A DNA stretch of 64,000 nt from Heteronotia binoei (taxonomy: Eukaryota): NCBI RefSeq assembly GCF_032191835.1, contig NC_083235.1, forward strand, positions 46,376,001 to 46,440,000, read 5' to 3'. A model generated the notes under the pieces. That model did not search any database. It was given only the letters and a program-made list of their open reading frames with translations, and had not been told where the DNA came from. The position numbers and the translations under genes were made by a program. Shown here one piece after another: positions 1 to 12,949 of this stretch (positions within the stretch are counted from its first letter, which is position 1; each line of letters starts with the position of its first letter).

Positions 1-326
1 CACTGCCTCCCTCTCTTTCTACAAAGTCAGTATTCTTGTTAAGAAAGCCACAGGGCTTCTGCCGCTGCTTCTACAGCCTATAGTCAACACAGGAAGGAGA
101 AAGACAAAAGTTGGTTTGTGGGAAGGAAACAGAAACAGTTCAGCATTTACATGCTATCCTCTTCAGTCCTGCTTCAATTTATAAACATTAGATATTCCCA
201 AAGCAACCACTGTAAACTGCCTTAACCCTGCCAAGGAGGTGGGGCACAACCTATTATAAAATCACTGAAGCTTGCTAACAAAGCATACAGATCCCTTTGG
301 GCACCTCTGCAAAAAAGCTTTACAAG

Positions 327-833
327 TAGGGATGGGCATGAACCAGAAAAATGGAGGTTCATGGAGGTTTGTGCCTTGGAGGTTCTCACGAACCCCAAAG
401 CACAGACTTCCACGAACTTCTCCACTGCATGAATCGGTTCATGCTTTGGGGAGTTTGTGGGGGAGCCCACCTGAAAGTGAACCCTGAAAGCATTTAAATG
501 CTTTGAGAACCTACTCCTGGTCAGGCCACTGGACCCAGAAGCAAGCACTAAAGGTATTTAAATGCCTTCACAACCAGGACAAACCTCATAGAGCAGGGGT
601 GGCCAACGGTAGCACTCCAGATGTTTTTTCCTACAACTCTCACCAGCCCCAGCCATTGGCCATGCTGGCTGGGGCGGATGGGAGCTGTAGGCAAAAAACA
701 TCTGGAGAGCTACCATTGGCCATCCCTGTCATAGAAGTTTGTGGGTGGGGGAAGACACATTCTCCCAAACCCCTCATTCCTGAAGCATGAACCAGCCTGG
801 TTTGGCACAAATTTTGGTTCATGCCCATCCCTA
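327..833. mobile_element. Non-autonomous hAT-type DNA transposon (MITE) containing a nested MITE
   Basis: Perfect 19-bp TIRs TAGGGATGGGCATGAACCA (327-345 and 815-833), flanked by an 8-bp near-TSD TTTACAAG/TTTACAAT. Confidence 0.8.
594..728. mobile_element. Short palindromic hAT MITE
   Basis: TIRs CAGGGGTGGCCAAC / ATTGGCCATCCCTG, internal palindromy, near-TSD TCATAGAG/TCATAGAA. Confidence 0.8.
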
Positions 834-904
834 TTTACAATGGATGGTGATTTTCTTTGGGGACACAAATGACTCTCAAGTTTGTGGACAGGGGAATAAG
901 TTAC

Positions 905-1620
905 ATTTTATCAGCAAACAGCAAACAGCAAGCCTTTATTGGCATAAAACAGATTTAGCAGTAAAATAGCAATATAAATAATATAAAATCCTAGATTATA
1001 GAGTACATAGGGAGCTAATATACATAAAATAAGTAAAATATATATGAGTCAAGTTTAGCCAAATTAAATAATTAAAACAAATAAAATGTGGTCATTCCAG
1101 AACCATTCTCTGTCATATTTCCATGGCCTGTTGGAGAAATCTAGCCACCATTAAAGTTACCTCAGCGCAAGTGTCATTTAAAAGTTTGTGGACTTTGCCT
1201 GAATCAGCACAGCCCAACATATCTGCTAAGATATCTTTCAGGTATATACAACAAATATCATCATAAAGAGGACAGTTCAATAATACATGGGAAATAGTTT
1301 CAATACACTTGGAATTACAAAGACAGTGTCTATTAGAGTACTCAATCCTGCTAAATCTACCAAATAGGATAGCAGATGGTAATGCATTACATCTTGTTAA
1401 CGAGAACGCACGCCATTGCTGTGGAGCTTGTAGAGAGGACAATTACGACGCTAATTTCCCTACTGAGAGAGGAAGTTCGAAATTCAGCAGGGAGCAAGAC
1501 TTGTTGGCCATTTTGTCACAAAAGACACATGCACATGTTCAAAGATGGCCTCCTTTGCACTTGCAGAAGCAGAAAGTTGTTTACTTCATTCATTCATTTT
1601 TCTCCCCATTGGGGACCCAA
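905..1620 (-). mobile_element. 3' end of a non-LTR retrotransposon (C-terminal CCHC zinc knuckle, 3' UTR, microsatellite tail); clade unresolved
   Basis: Minus-strand ORF 1113-1442 reads RAFSLTRCNALPS...RHCLCNSKCIETISHVLLNCPLY, a LINE ORF2 C-terminal C-x-C...H-x4-C pattern. It is followed on the minus strand by CCAATAAAGG and (TTTGCTG)n at about 912-950. Confidence 0.65.
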
Positions 1621-2086
1621 AGTGGCTCATTCTCCCCCTTTTCATGTTCACAAAAAACTCTACGAGGTAGGTCAGGCTGAACGTGTGACTAGCCCAAGTT
1701 CAACCAACAAACTTAAATGGCAGAGTGGGGAATAGGACTAGGGTCTCCCAGATCCTAGTCTGACATTCTCGCCGTTAAACCACCCCACATCTTCTTTGAG
1801 CTAATATACAATTAAAGTTTGATACCTGTGCTTGTAACGTCATAAATGACTGTGTTCAATGTCCCCACAAAAACCATTTGTTGTAGGCATTACAGCTGGT
1901 CTACACAATCTCACCAGGAGTACATGTCAGATAGATAATGATCCACAGATTTGTTAGAACCTATTCCTTACATACGCATATAGTTTAGGAATCCCTCAGA
2001 AAGGTGCTAATGGGTGGAAAGATGACACTTTTTAAGCAAGATATCATGTAGAACAATATCTGACCCTACATATTTCAGTGGTGACA

Positions 2087-2290
2087 TGTTAATTATTTAT
2101 TTAATACATTTATACCCTGCTTTCTCCCCAAAGGGGACCTAAAACAGCTTACATCATCCTTCATTTTATCCTCACAACAACCCTGGGAAGTTGGTTATGC
2201 TGAAAGCAAGTGACTAGCCCAAAATCACCCAGTGAGTGGGGATTTCAAACCTGGCTCTCCCAAACACTAGTCTGAAACTCTACACCACAA
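2087..2290 (-). mobile_element. tRNA-derived SINE (gecko Squam3-like), degraded
   Basis: Reverse-complement similarity to the cleaner copy at 18187-18458, with an A/T-rich tail at the left end. Confidence 0.6.
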
Positions 2291-2328
2291 TCAGTATAGT
2301 TGCTTAGCAACCACCTGAACTTCTTGAT

Positions 2329-3049
2329 CAGGCCCATAGCCAGAAAATCTTCGGTGGGGGGATCCACAGAATAAAATTTAGGACAGGCCCCCCCCCTCTC
2401 ACGGCCCCCGCTCTCTCTGGTGCTGCTTCTCTAGCGGCCCCCACCCCCTCCATGGCACGTCCCCCTCCCTCCCACCTCCTGGGGATCTTTCCAGCCCCCC
2501 CCCCCACCCCTGCGCTGATCATGGGAAAAGCTGCGCAGGGAGGCCGGTGCTCCTCTGCCGGCCTTACAGCGCTCTCCGGAGCTCTGGCACTGGGACCGCA
2601 GCAAAAGGAAGCACCAGCAAGCCCTGCAAGAGATCCCGCCGCCCCTGCTGCTTTCTCCCTACTTCTCTCCCACGTGATCTGGAGAGGGAAGTAGGGAGGA
2701 AACAGTGGAGGCAGCAGGCGCTTTTGCAGGGCTTGCTGGTGCTTCCTTTCACCATGGCCCCAGTGCTAGAGCTCCGGAGAGTGCTGTAAGGCCAGCAGAG
2801 GAGCGCCGGCCTCCCAGTGCAGCTTTTCCCATGATCAATGTGATTGGTACGGGGGGGGCCCTGGAAAGAGCCCCAGGAGGAGCCAGCGCTTCACGGGATG
2901 GGAGGGAGGGAGGGAGGGGGAGGCACCACACGGAGGGGAGCAAGAGGTGCAAGAGCGGCAGGGAGTTTGGGGGCCGCCAGGAGGGGCCACAGTAGTCAAA
3001 GGGGGGGGGGTTCAATGGAGGGGCAGGCCCCTCCGTGGCTACAGGCCTG
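2329..3049. mobile_element. hAT MITE with a long internal inverted repeat (foldback structure)
   Basis: TIRs CAGGCCCATAGCCA / TGGCTACAGGCCTG; exact 8-bp TSD TTCTTGAT (2321-2328, 3050-3057); internal arms about 2475-2670 and 2681-2880 are reverse complements. Confidence 0.9.
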
Positions 3050-4239
3050 TTCTTGATGCATGTCCAGATTCAACATCTTTGAAGAACATGACTTTAGGGA
3101 ATTACTTAGCCAACCTACAGCTGGGGAGAGGAATTTATACCACAGAGGACACTTGAGTGAACTACAGGCTTCCTTCAAGAATGAAACAGAAGCAGCCACA
3201 AATCTAGTGCCATGGTGAATTAACTTGTTTATTTCCATTTCAGATGGGATCTCCTCATCTGTATGGTACCACACAAAGAAGAACAATTCACAAGAGCACC
3301 TGTGAACCAGAAGCCAGATTTACAGAAGGAACCAGTTTGCTGCAATAGCCATCAGCTTTGACAGCTGCTAAAGTACCTTGCTTCCATCTCTCTCTCTGCA
3401 GTGCCTCGCTTCTTTAAGCAGCAAAGAAAAAAGAAGGCATTGCAACTTCCTTCTTCTGCCTGCCTGCCAGGGGCAGCCAGGCAGTGAATGGGAGAATGAG
3501 TAGATGACTAGCAAACCAGCCCAAAGGTGCCCAACCCACATTTAAAGAAAAACAGGTTCAGTAGCAAAGGTTCTGTCCTCTCATAGTACTTTCAGTCGAA
3601 ACAGCACAAACTTCATCAGAGTTTCCACACCACTGCATTTCACCTGTTTACTATAAAACCAAGTTATCACTGTGCCCTCTAAACAGAGGGAAATCCACAC
3701 AAATAAATCCAAAATTTCAAAAGGATAGCTGCAATAATTCTTACTTCAGCAAACTGAAGGCTCTTGAAGAATGCAGGAGCCTCAGGCATTTAAATAAAGG
3801 TCCTGTTCTTAGTCATGGAACATCTGAATTTGCCATGGAGCTTTAGAAATTAGGCATATAATCTCTGCCTCAGAAGTGAGGAGAAATAATCAGAAGATGA
3901 AATAATGACTTAAGAGTCCAAATAATTCTCTTTTAAGAGACACATACATTTGGAATACAGAAATGCAGTACAATTCAGTTTTAAAAGTTAGCACTGTACA
4001 TTTTCTACTGTTGTAGAATCCTTATTATTGCAGTCCAGATGATGTCAGAATCATGGCCAAACCCATTTACTCTGCATGTGAAAAACTGTGTTTCTCTTCC
4101 AAATATTTGTTACACAAAGCACTGTTTGTTTTTTAGGGGATGCTGATGTTAAATCTAAAGACAAGAACAGGAAGGAAAAGGGGAATGTGTATTTATGGGT
4201 ATCTGATCTTTACAGTGAAATGGTGATTTAAAGTCTATA

Positions 4240-5900
4240 GTGAGGGTGGTTTATAGGTTTATTAATCAGCTGAATAGAAGGCACTATAGGTCCTTTATGA
4301 GAACCTATGAAATGGCAATGAAGCCTGCAAAGAAGAGCTACTATGCGGCTATCATTCCATCGGCAAGCTCCCGCCTGGCACAATTATTCAGAACAATTCA
4401 CTCTCTGACGTCACAGCCACAGAGCAAGCAAAATACTGAATTGGACACTGGCTGTGAGGCTTTTGCGAGCCATTTTGCTGATAGTCTTGTCATTCCGTCA
4501 AGACCTCCCCACTACAGCTGAAACAATAGTGGAACGGAAGCCTCTTGACTATCTTCTAGACCTATAATGAACACATTCGGCCGCCTCTTAGGAAGAGGTC
4601 AACAGGACCCCTGCAGTGGTGAGACCCACCACTTGCCTCCTTGATCCGTGCCCATCTTGGCTTGTGAAAGATGAGTTTCAGATCCCCCTGTGTGAGATTA
4701 TCAATCAATCCCTGTCCTTGTGTGTTTTCCCAGGGGGGCTAAGGAGGTGATAGTGCGTCCACTCTTGAAGAAGCCATCTTTGATTGTGATGGTCCTGGCC
4801 AACTACTGTCCAGTATCAAATATTCTGTTCCAGGGTAAGGTAGTTGGAGGCCAAACAGCAGGTTTTCCTGGAGGATGCCTCTATTCTAGATCCCTTTTAG
4901 TCAGGGTTCTGACCCTGTCATGGGGCTGAGACAGCTTTGGTCGCCCTTGCAGATGACCTCCAGAGACAGCTGGACTGAGGTGGGTCGGCACTGCTGCTAC
5001 TTTTGACCTTATAGTAGCATTCAACACTGTCAATCACAGTGTTATCAATATGCAGATGACACCCAGCTGTATCTGTTAATGGATGGCCGGCCAGACTCAG
5101 CCCCAGACATCTTGGACTGGGCATAGGGGGCCGTGGCTGGTTGGTTGAGGCAGAGATGGCTGAAGCTAAATCCATCAAAGACTGAGCTCCTGTATCTAGG
5201 ACTTGGGGGGAAGGAATCTGACTCCTGATCTTGGATGGGATACACCTTTGGTGCCGGTATCCAAGGACTGGAGCCTAGGTGTGACACTGATGCCACCTTA
5301 TCTATGGAGACTCAGGTCATAATGGCTGCCAAATCTGCCTTCTTCCGTACCTTTCTTCCCACGAATTGGCCATAGTGATCCATGCAACAGTCACTTCCAG
5401 AATAGACTATTCCAGAATTGCGATTCACTCCACATGGGCCTACCCTGACTCAGAAGTTACAGCTGGTACAGAACACAGCAGCACATCTGCTGGCAATGGC
5501 GCCTTTGCGGGCTCATGTCAAGCTGCCGGTGGAATTCTGAGTCAGGTTCAAGGTTTTGACTTTTAAGACCCTGAACAGCCAGGGACCAACATACCTGCAG
5601 GACTGCCTCTCCCCATATGTCCCTCAGAGGGCCTTAAGATCGGTTCATCAACATTGACTGGTAATCCCCAGTCCAAAAGATGTCCATCCAGCTTCTACTA
5701 GGGCCAGGGCTTTTTTGGCTGTGGCACCTACCTGGTGGAATGAGTTCCCTATGGAAATTAGGGCCCTGTGGAATCTACTGCAGTTCCGCAGGGCCTATAA
5801 GACAGAGCTCTTCCACCAGGCTTTTAGCTGAGATCATCTGGCTCAACCTGCCCCTGTATAGTGACTTGACCTGCTTTTACTGCTAATTGTCTGGAACATC
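4240..5900 (+). mobile_element. Degraded L2-clade LINE fragment (RT region and 3' part)
   Basis: Frameshifted peptides KSYYAAIIPSASSRLAQLFRTI, VRPLLKKPSL...NYCPVSNI and ETALVALADDL...AFNTVNH match L2/CR1-group RT motifs; many stops. Confidence 0.8.
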
Positions 5901-8900
5901 TGTGCTATTAATTACTATCAGCAGTTTTTAGCAGAGCTACGGAAGACAACCATCTTGTGTCAACTAATTGTTAAATTGTACTTTTATTTGTTGATTTTAG
6001 AATTTTAATGAACTAATGTATAGGTTTTTATGTTGTTACCTGCCCTGAGCCTGCCTTGGCAGATTGGGCAGAATATAAATCCCATAAGCAAACAAACAAA
6101 TATAGATGACTATTGATAATTTGCTCCTGGTGCCTCTTAAGCACATTGACCAAATTTTAAAAAATTGCTTGTAGTGCCCAACAGTACCTTTGTAGTGTTG
6201 CTGGAATGTGCTTTCTGCAACAAGTGCAACAGTAAACAGTAAGGAAAACAAGATGCAAGATAGCAAAATAAGGTCACAGAAGGACAGAGAGACACAAACT
6301 GGAAATCATTGCAGACCCAAAGTTCTATAAACCCCAGCCACTTGAACCTGTCAACATCCTGCATTAGTTTAGCTTTCAGTAAAATGTTGACTGTACAGTT
6401 TTGAGTGATTCACGATTTCACAGTAAAGGAGCAAAAAGAAATTAGTATCACCATAAAACCAAGCTGCATACCAGATTCTATAATATACTGACATGCAAAG
6501 CACACACAGCAGTCAAAGTCAGATTCTATGTTTCTGTCAAGCTATGCCACCCAACACTAACCCGTAACTGGAGGAGAAAATAACACAATGGGCACAGCTC
6601 AGAGGACATCCCAGTCAGCATGCCTATATGAATAGACATGCACACTGAAAGAACTTCTGAATTGTTTTTCTTCAGGTTACAACAGTCAAGATACATCCGT
6701 TAGTTAGGGAACAAAAAGATTTGGAGCTGTAAGGCTATTTGCCCTGCCCTTGAAATAGGGACACATGCAGCAGATCAAAGATTTTGTTCAGAATAACGCT
6801 ACCCTTCTGCAGAAGACAAAGTTTTTATCTGCCAGCAGGAGACCAAGCCACTTAAAGGATTCCTACTAGCTAAATCTATTTAGGTAGAGCCTAGCAGACA
6901 TGCTGCAATCACATTTGATTACTTTCTTCCCAAACCAAGGAACGATGACTATGCAGCTGGCCCATGTGAATATTAAAGACACATTCTTGGCAAAAGGAGT
7001 GTTATCTCTAAAAGTTTCATACCCTGTAAATGTTATTGGTCTCTAAGACAGTACTAGTCTCTAAGACACTACTAGACTCAAATCTAGCTATTCTATAAAG
7101 AACAAACACTACAATGATGTCCCCAATTTTCAGCCTCATGTTATTTGGAAATATTGTCAGATTTCAATTAATGCAACCTACTTTAACAGAGACCTCAAAG
7201 TTCACTTCCTTATTCCTGTGTGACACACAGCAGTCAACAGTTAAGAAGAGTTGCAATGGCAGGGTCAGCCAAATGTGTCAATATCATTTCAATCTTTTTT
7301 ATCTGTACCCAGATGACTTAACCCAGCCAAGGGCCACCTCACCAGTGAAACTCAGAAACTGTTAACTCACTGCATGCAACAAAACTTGATGAGTCAGTTG
7401 AATTACCCAAGTTAATATTCTCTGCGCAAGAGTACTTGCTGGCAAACCCTTTTTACTTGCAGGGTGCCAGCTCAACTGAGCACTTCCCCTCACACTCAAG
7501 TACATGTGACAAAAAAATCAGACCACTTTAGATTAAAATGCTTCATTAAATGGGCATGGGCAAGACATAAGACTACAGGGAAGAGGTTATTATGAGCTAT
7601 TCTATCAATGTTGGACCATTGTCCAAATGTGGTCAGAAATTTGCAAGGAATAAAAATAAGCAAGCATTTGTTCGTTCTGCTGTTGCACTTTTACCACAAC
7701 CATATACTTTAATTTCCTTGAAGTTAAAAAACAGCATAGTTGTGAAATTATGCTCAGTGGGGTTCTGTGAGCACACACATCTAAAAAAGATCATAATAAT
7801 TTCTGAAGCGATATTACAGAAGGCCTTGCATTTGTTACAGGCTTGATTAATGCAAACAACAATGGAAGTCTCTCCCTGCTTGAGGATACTTTAACATATC
7901 AAATATTAGAGGCCTGGTGGAGATTAACATTCCTGACTTCCAAACTATGGCTATCAGTCTCTTTCCCACGTTCAACAGCATTCAGAGCTTAGAAAAAGTT
8001 GTGGAGGCAAGTAAACTTTTGTTCCATCTTGAGGCTTAAGAATCCCAGCTTTAGAGAGCTGATCAGACAGACACCACCACTCCTGATCTGCAGCCAGGTT
8101 GCAAGACCATTGGTTCACTTACTCCCTATCAGCTGGGAGTATCAGTCCATTTAAAAGACCAAATATGGACCCTAGAGGCCAAGCAGGGAGAACCAGCAGG
8201 GCGACCACTTTGTATAGATCAGGAGAAAGGGATAAGGATATTGACTGAGACAGGAATAGTCTTCTGAACAGGTATGCCTAGAGCCACAGACCACACTGTC
8301 AATTATTTATCTCTTTATTTTCTAAGAGTACTGGGAAAAGCAGTATGGGATTAGGTGAAGTAAGAAATTATTTAGCCAACGTTTCCAGAAGCCACAGTTA
8401 CACAGCTGACATTATAAACAGTCTATCTGCCTCAAAAAATGGTGTGGAGAGAGCCAGTGATGTGGTTTGTCTGGGAAAATTTGAACTGGAACATTTTCTG
8501 ATTCAAATTTAAATAATTTAAATAGTGTTAGCAAAATAAAGTAAACTGACCATGTTTAAACACTGGGATTTGTCCATGCTACCTATCCCACATTAAGATC
8601 ATCTAGCAAGACTGATTTGCTGCACAAAAGCCCTGATAACTACAGATAAACAGCTTATAATTATATAGGCAAGATGGAAAAGATTCAATGGAAAAATACA
8701 GTACTAAAATATTTTCCAGAAAAATTTCAGACCCACATCAATGCACACACCTATGTTGCACTGAATGAAACTGGGCAGGTTTTTGAAATGTATATTACAA
8801 AATAACAGCTGCTTGTTGTACATGTTACTCAAGTACACCCACACAATCTCTCTGCTTTGTTACACAGACAAGGAACGCAAAATAATCAAGAAACTGGTCC

Positions 8901-9877
8901 TGAGAAAGCTTGATGCCAACAAAAGTTTACCTTTGAAACATCAGCTGAAAATAACCTATCAGCTCTTGCTTCCTTCACCTATGAACCAGAAGCCTACCAA
9001 AGACTGCAGAAATAAAAAAAATCAGAGGGCATATTCAAACCCTTCTGAAAATGGGCAACTTTTGTGCGGTAGCACAATCACACCCACCCAGCATTCATTC
9101 ATTGCCATTAAGTGAATATGATGTCTAATTGATCACTGTGGCCAAGATAAACACACACACATGATTAAGGCTTGTACAATACTGGGTGGAAACAAGTGGG
9201 ACAATAAACATCCAGGCACTGCTTATATGTAACTACATATATCCCCCACAAATCCATTAGTAAGCTAAAGACTTACTTAACCAGTTGCATAAAGGAATGA
9301 TCAAATCAACACAAAAGAACCAAGGGCTGGCCCTTCCCAGGACTGCCACCAATTAATGTCACTGTGTGGGTGCAGCAGAGATGGCAAATGCTGTACACAG
9401 AGGCAAAACATGCCAATGTTAAAGGCAGGCAGGCCCAAGCCCAGAGCACATGGTGTATGACACAATCCCAAAACAGTGATTAGACCAACAGACCAGTTTC
9501 AGCATGAAGCAAAACTATCAGAAGCAGCACAGAGTCACTTCTATACAAACCTATTAATAGTTTCCAGACATTATAACTGTCATAAGAGTTTCCATGAGTA
9601 TGCTACACAGGGCCACGGAAAATTCAATAAGAGATGCTTTCAAATGCTGTGAAATCTTGCTAATTGTGTAAATTCCTAGATACTGTCAAATGCTACTCTT
9701 TCCTTAACTGAATGATTACTGACACCTGTGGAAATGAGACTGGCAGACAGAAGACACCACATATAGATCCTTAAGAAAAACTGCAATGAAATTCATCCCT
9801 GATGACTATTTGCATACAATCAGGGAGATTCTAATTCCCAAAAACTTTATTGGCATAACTAGGAAGATTCTCTACAC

Positions 9878-10125
9878 CAGAAGTCCCCAACATGGTGCCC
9901 ATCCAGTGTTTTTTAAAAATTGGGTGGGACTAGGTAGGAGTATTGGCCACTACGGATTTGATTGGCTGTGCAGATTTTTAAAAACATTACTTTGGCAACA
10001 GCTGCTACTACAACACAGATATGACTGAAAGTAAGCTGTGGCAGCTATTTTGTGACTGTGCCCACCACACTATGTCAGAATTCCAAAGGTTAGGCCCACC
10101 GGTTTAAAAAGGTTGGGGACCCCTG
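9878..10125. mobile_element. Older hAT MITE
   Basis: TIRs CAGAAGTCCCCAAC / GTTGGGGACCCCTG; degenerate 8-bp TSD CTCTACAC/CTGTACAT. Confidence 0.6.
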
Positions 10126-12064
10126 CTGTACATCACAATATTGCTTTAGTACAGGAATAAATGGACTGGACTCTCTTTGTTAAAAGCACTTACCCAAAGA
10201 GAATTTCCGAAAACACTAAGCCCCTACAACCCAAGCTGAGCGTTTTACATATCCTGAAGTCTCAGACACTCATGTAACAGAATACTGCTAGAAATGTAAC
10301 TACTCCTGGGAGAAGAAAGAACAACCTCTGTGCATCAAGTAGGAAAATTTTAAAAAGAGAACAAAAAGCAGCAATCAAAAAGGAAGGGGGGTGGGTGGGA
10401 GAGAGAAGCCAATGCAGAACTAATTAGGAGCATCAAGATGAAGAGCTTACCCAGGTCACTAGCAGTCTAGCTCATCTGGCTTTTGTATTAAATGCTAGCT
10501 AAGAATGTACTAATTTTAACTTTCCTGGTTACAGGTACTTCTTACTACTCCCTTACCATGGGTTGGATCTCACCTAAATTTCCATGTGTACAAGGAGAGC
10601 AATTTTTGCCAACATTACTTCCTATAGCAGTATACCTCCTCCTGATATTTCTGAACCTCTCAGAAATAGCTTGGAGGGAGTTTGGGATCTCTGATTGTAG
10701 AAACACACACACCAACACAAAAACAACTGCAGAAATCTAAGCAGGATTCAAGTCGAGGATCTGCCCTGGCACTGCCCCTGAAAAGTTTTTGGAAACTACA
10801 ACTGGTATAGAACACTGGAGTCAGGATGTTGACTACTATGAGTCATAGGAACCATATTACTCTAGTCTTGGCCCATCTCTATTGGGCTTCAAATTTGCTT
10901 CCAGGACCAATTCAAGGCATAGATATTGATCTTTAAAGCCCAATGTGTTATTAGATAATCATACTTAAGGAACCCCTACTCCAATAGGAACCTGCCCAAC
11001 CACTACAGTCATGTTCTGAGGCTGCAGTTAGGTGGGTGAAAACCCAAGAGAAGGCATTCTTGGTCATGCCATCAAAATCATACAGCACTCACTCAAGGAT
11101 GTTTATCTGTCCCTGTCTATCAGTCTTCCACCAGTGAATGAAGATTTTTTGTTTTATCTCGATGGCCTCTCCTTCCTGCTTATGCTTTAATTGCTGCACC
11201 TGTATTTTATACATGTATTTGAGTTTTGGTTTTAACTGAATCTACTTTTATAATGTTTTGTTCCAATTGTTAGCTACCATGCTGACCCTGAATTGGCAGA
11301 AAATACATTTTAAAATAATACCTACAAAAATTGTCTTTCCCAGAGACAAATGACCTCAGGTTATTTCCAACTGTATTAACATGTCCTTTAGACCAAGCAG
11401 AGCCATACTAGAGGGGAAAAGCCAGTAACTGCACAGCAGTGTGTGTGTTGGATAAATAAAGCCAAAATAAGTGCTCCAGGGTCAGCCATTTATAACTAAT
11501 TTGTTGGCAAACTTCGTATGTCAGGGGTCCAAATGAAACTGGCAGAAGGCCCTTTAACATGAATAGGCCACGGCTGAATTTTCCAGCAAAGACTACTGAA
11601 CAGTATCAAGAGAAAACACAAAAAGAAAAATGAAGCTGGGAATCTTAAACTTTAATGGAACTGCTATTGTATAGTACATGCTTAGTTATAAAGACATTCT
11701 CCTATAACTTCAATACTGCCAATTCACAAAACAGAGACTAAATTCTCTCTGCCTTAGAAGCCCACTTTGCCCCTATCTTGTTTCAATAGATTGGGCTGTA
11801 AGCCAATAAACGCTCTTGATCTATACAAACTCATATATGCTTGGCAATTTCACTTTGGTGCTACTAGCAAACAACCAGCATTATGTCATTGATTTCTGAG
11901 ATTAAAGAAATATTCAATTCCCACTCAAACTATAGGAAAAGCAGCCAGGCCTAAAATCTCTAGTTACAAAACATCAAGTTCAAAGCAAACTAGCCCTTTT
12001 GTTCTGTAAGCACTTTACAGAAAGACATTTCAAGGAAAGAGAATAGCCTGCTTTTTGGGGGCAG

Positions 12065-12230
12065 GGGGCCTCAAGTCACACTGATTTATGGCAATCCCAT
12101 AGGATATTAAAGGCAAGAGACATTCAGAGGTGGTCTGCCATTGCCTCCCCTTGCATAGCAACCCTGGTATTCCTTGGTGGTCTCCCATCCCTGCTTAGCG
12201 TCTGAGATCTAAGAATATCAGGCTAGCCTG
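12065..12230 (-). mobile_element. 5S rRNA-derived SINE (5S-Sauria-like), degraded
   Basis: Reverse complement of the copy at 14665-14860, with a GATGGGAGACC 5S box-C-like motif and a GCAATGGCA(A/G)ACCACCTCTGAA body. Confidence 0.6.
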
Positions 12231-12949
12231 CTTAAGGGAGACCAAAGAGTAGACGAGAGAAACAGAGGCCCATTTCCCCCAGCTACATTTCCACCAGCTA
12301 AACCAGCTTACTTCATCTGCTTCAGTCACATGCTATAAAAAGGAACCAGAATACCCAGAATGCACCTTTCCCCTAAATACCAACTTAAGCCTAGGGAAAG
12401 TTATATTATATGGACGTGGCCCTTTTCCCATAGGCAGAGCAGCTTCCACATCTGGATCATAAGGACACAACGGTGTGGGTGTGTGGGGTGGGTCAGCCAT
12501 TATAGGACCCCAAACTGTCATTCCAAGCCAAGCTCAATAACGGGGAGGGACAACATTTTAACCCGTGAAGAACTGAGTCTGCCCTTAGCCACTATTTCAA
12601 TTCCAATCCCTCAGGCCCTTTCCAGACAGTTCATTCCTACCAAAAAGAACCTGATCCTCACCCACAGAAGATCCAGAAGGGAAGAGGAAAGAGGGATAAA
12701 GACTTTATGGTTAACGCACTCCATTCTTTTAAAGGAGACTCGACGTAGCTTAGAGCACAAGAGAGCGGAAATCCTAACAAGTAACCCTTCCCCTCCCCCG
12801 CTAACCACTTGGCTTAAATGTAACCCCGTTACGATGCTCCCCCCACCAACGCCTTGCCCCTCAGGCTGGCATCAGTACGCACGGTAAGGAAGGGGGGAGA
12901 GACCTGCAGACAAGAATCTCCCTTCACCCAGAAAAAAGCGCGGAACTTT

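Noticed and set aside
2452-3056. Similar peptides on both strands suggesting a duplicated gene
   Set aside because: An artefact of the palindromic MITE.
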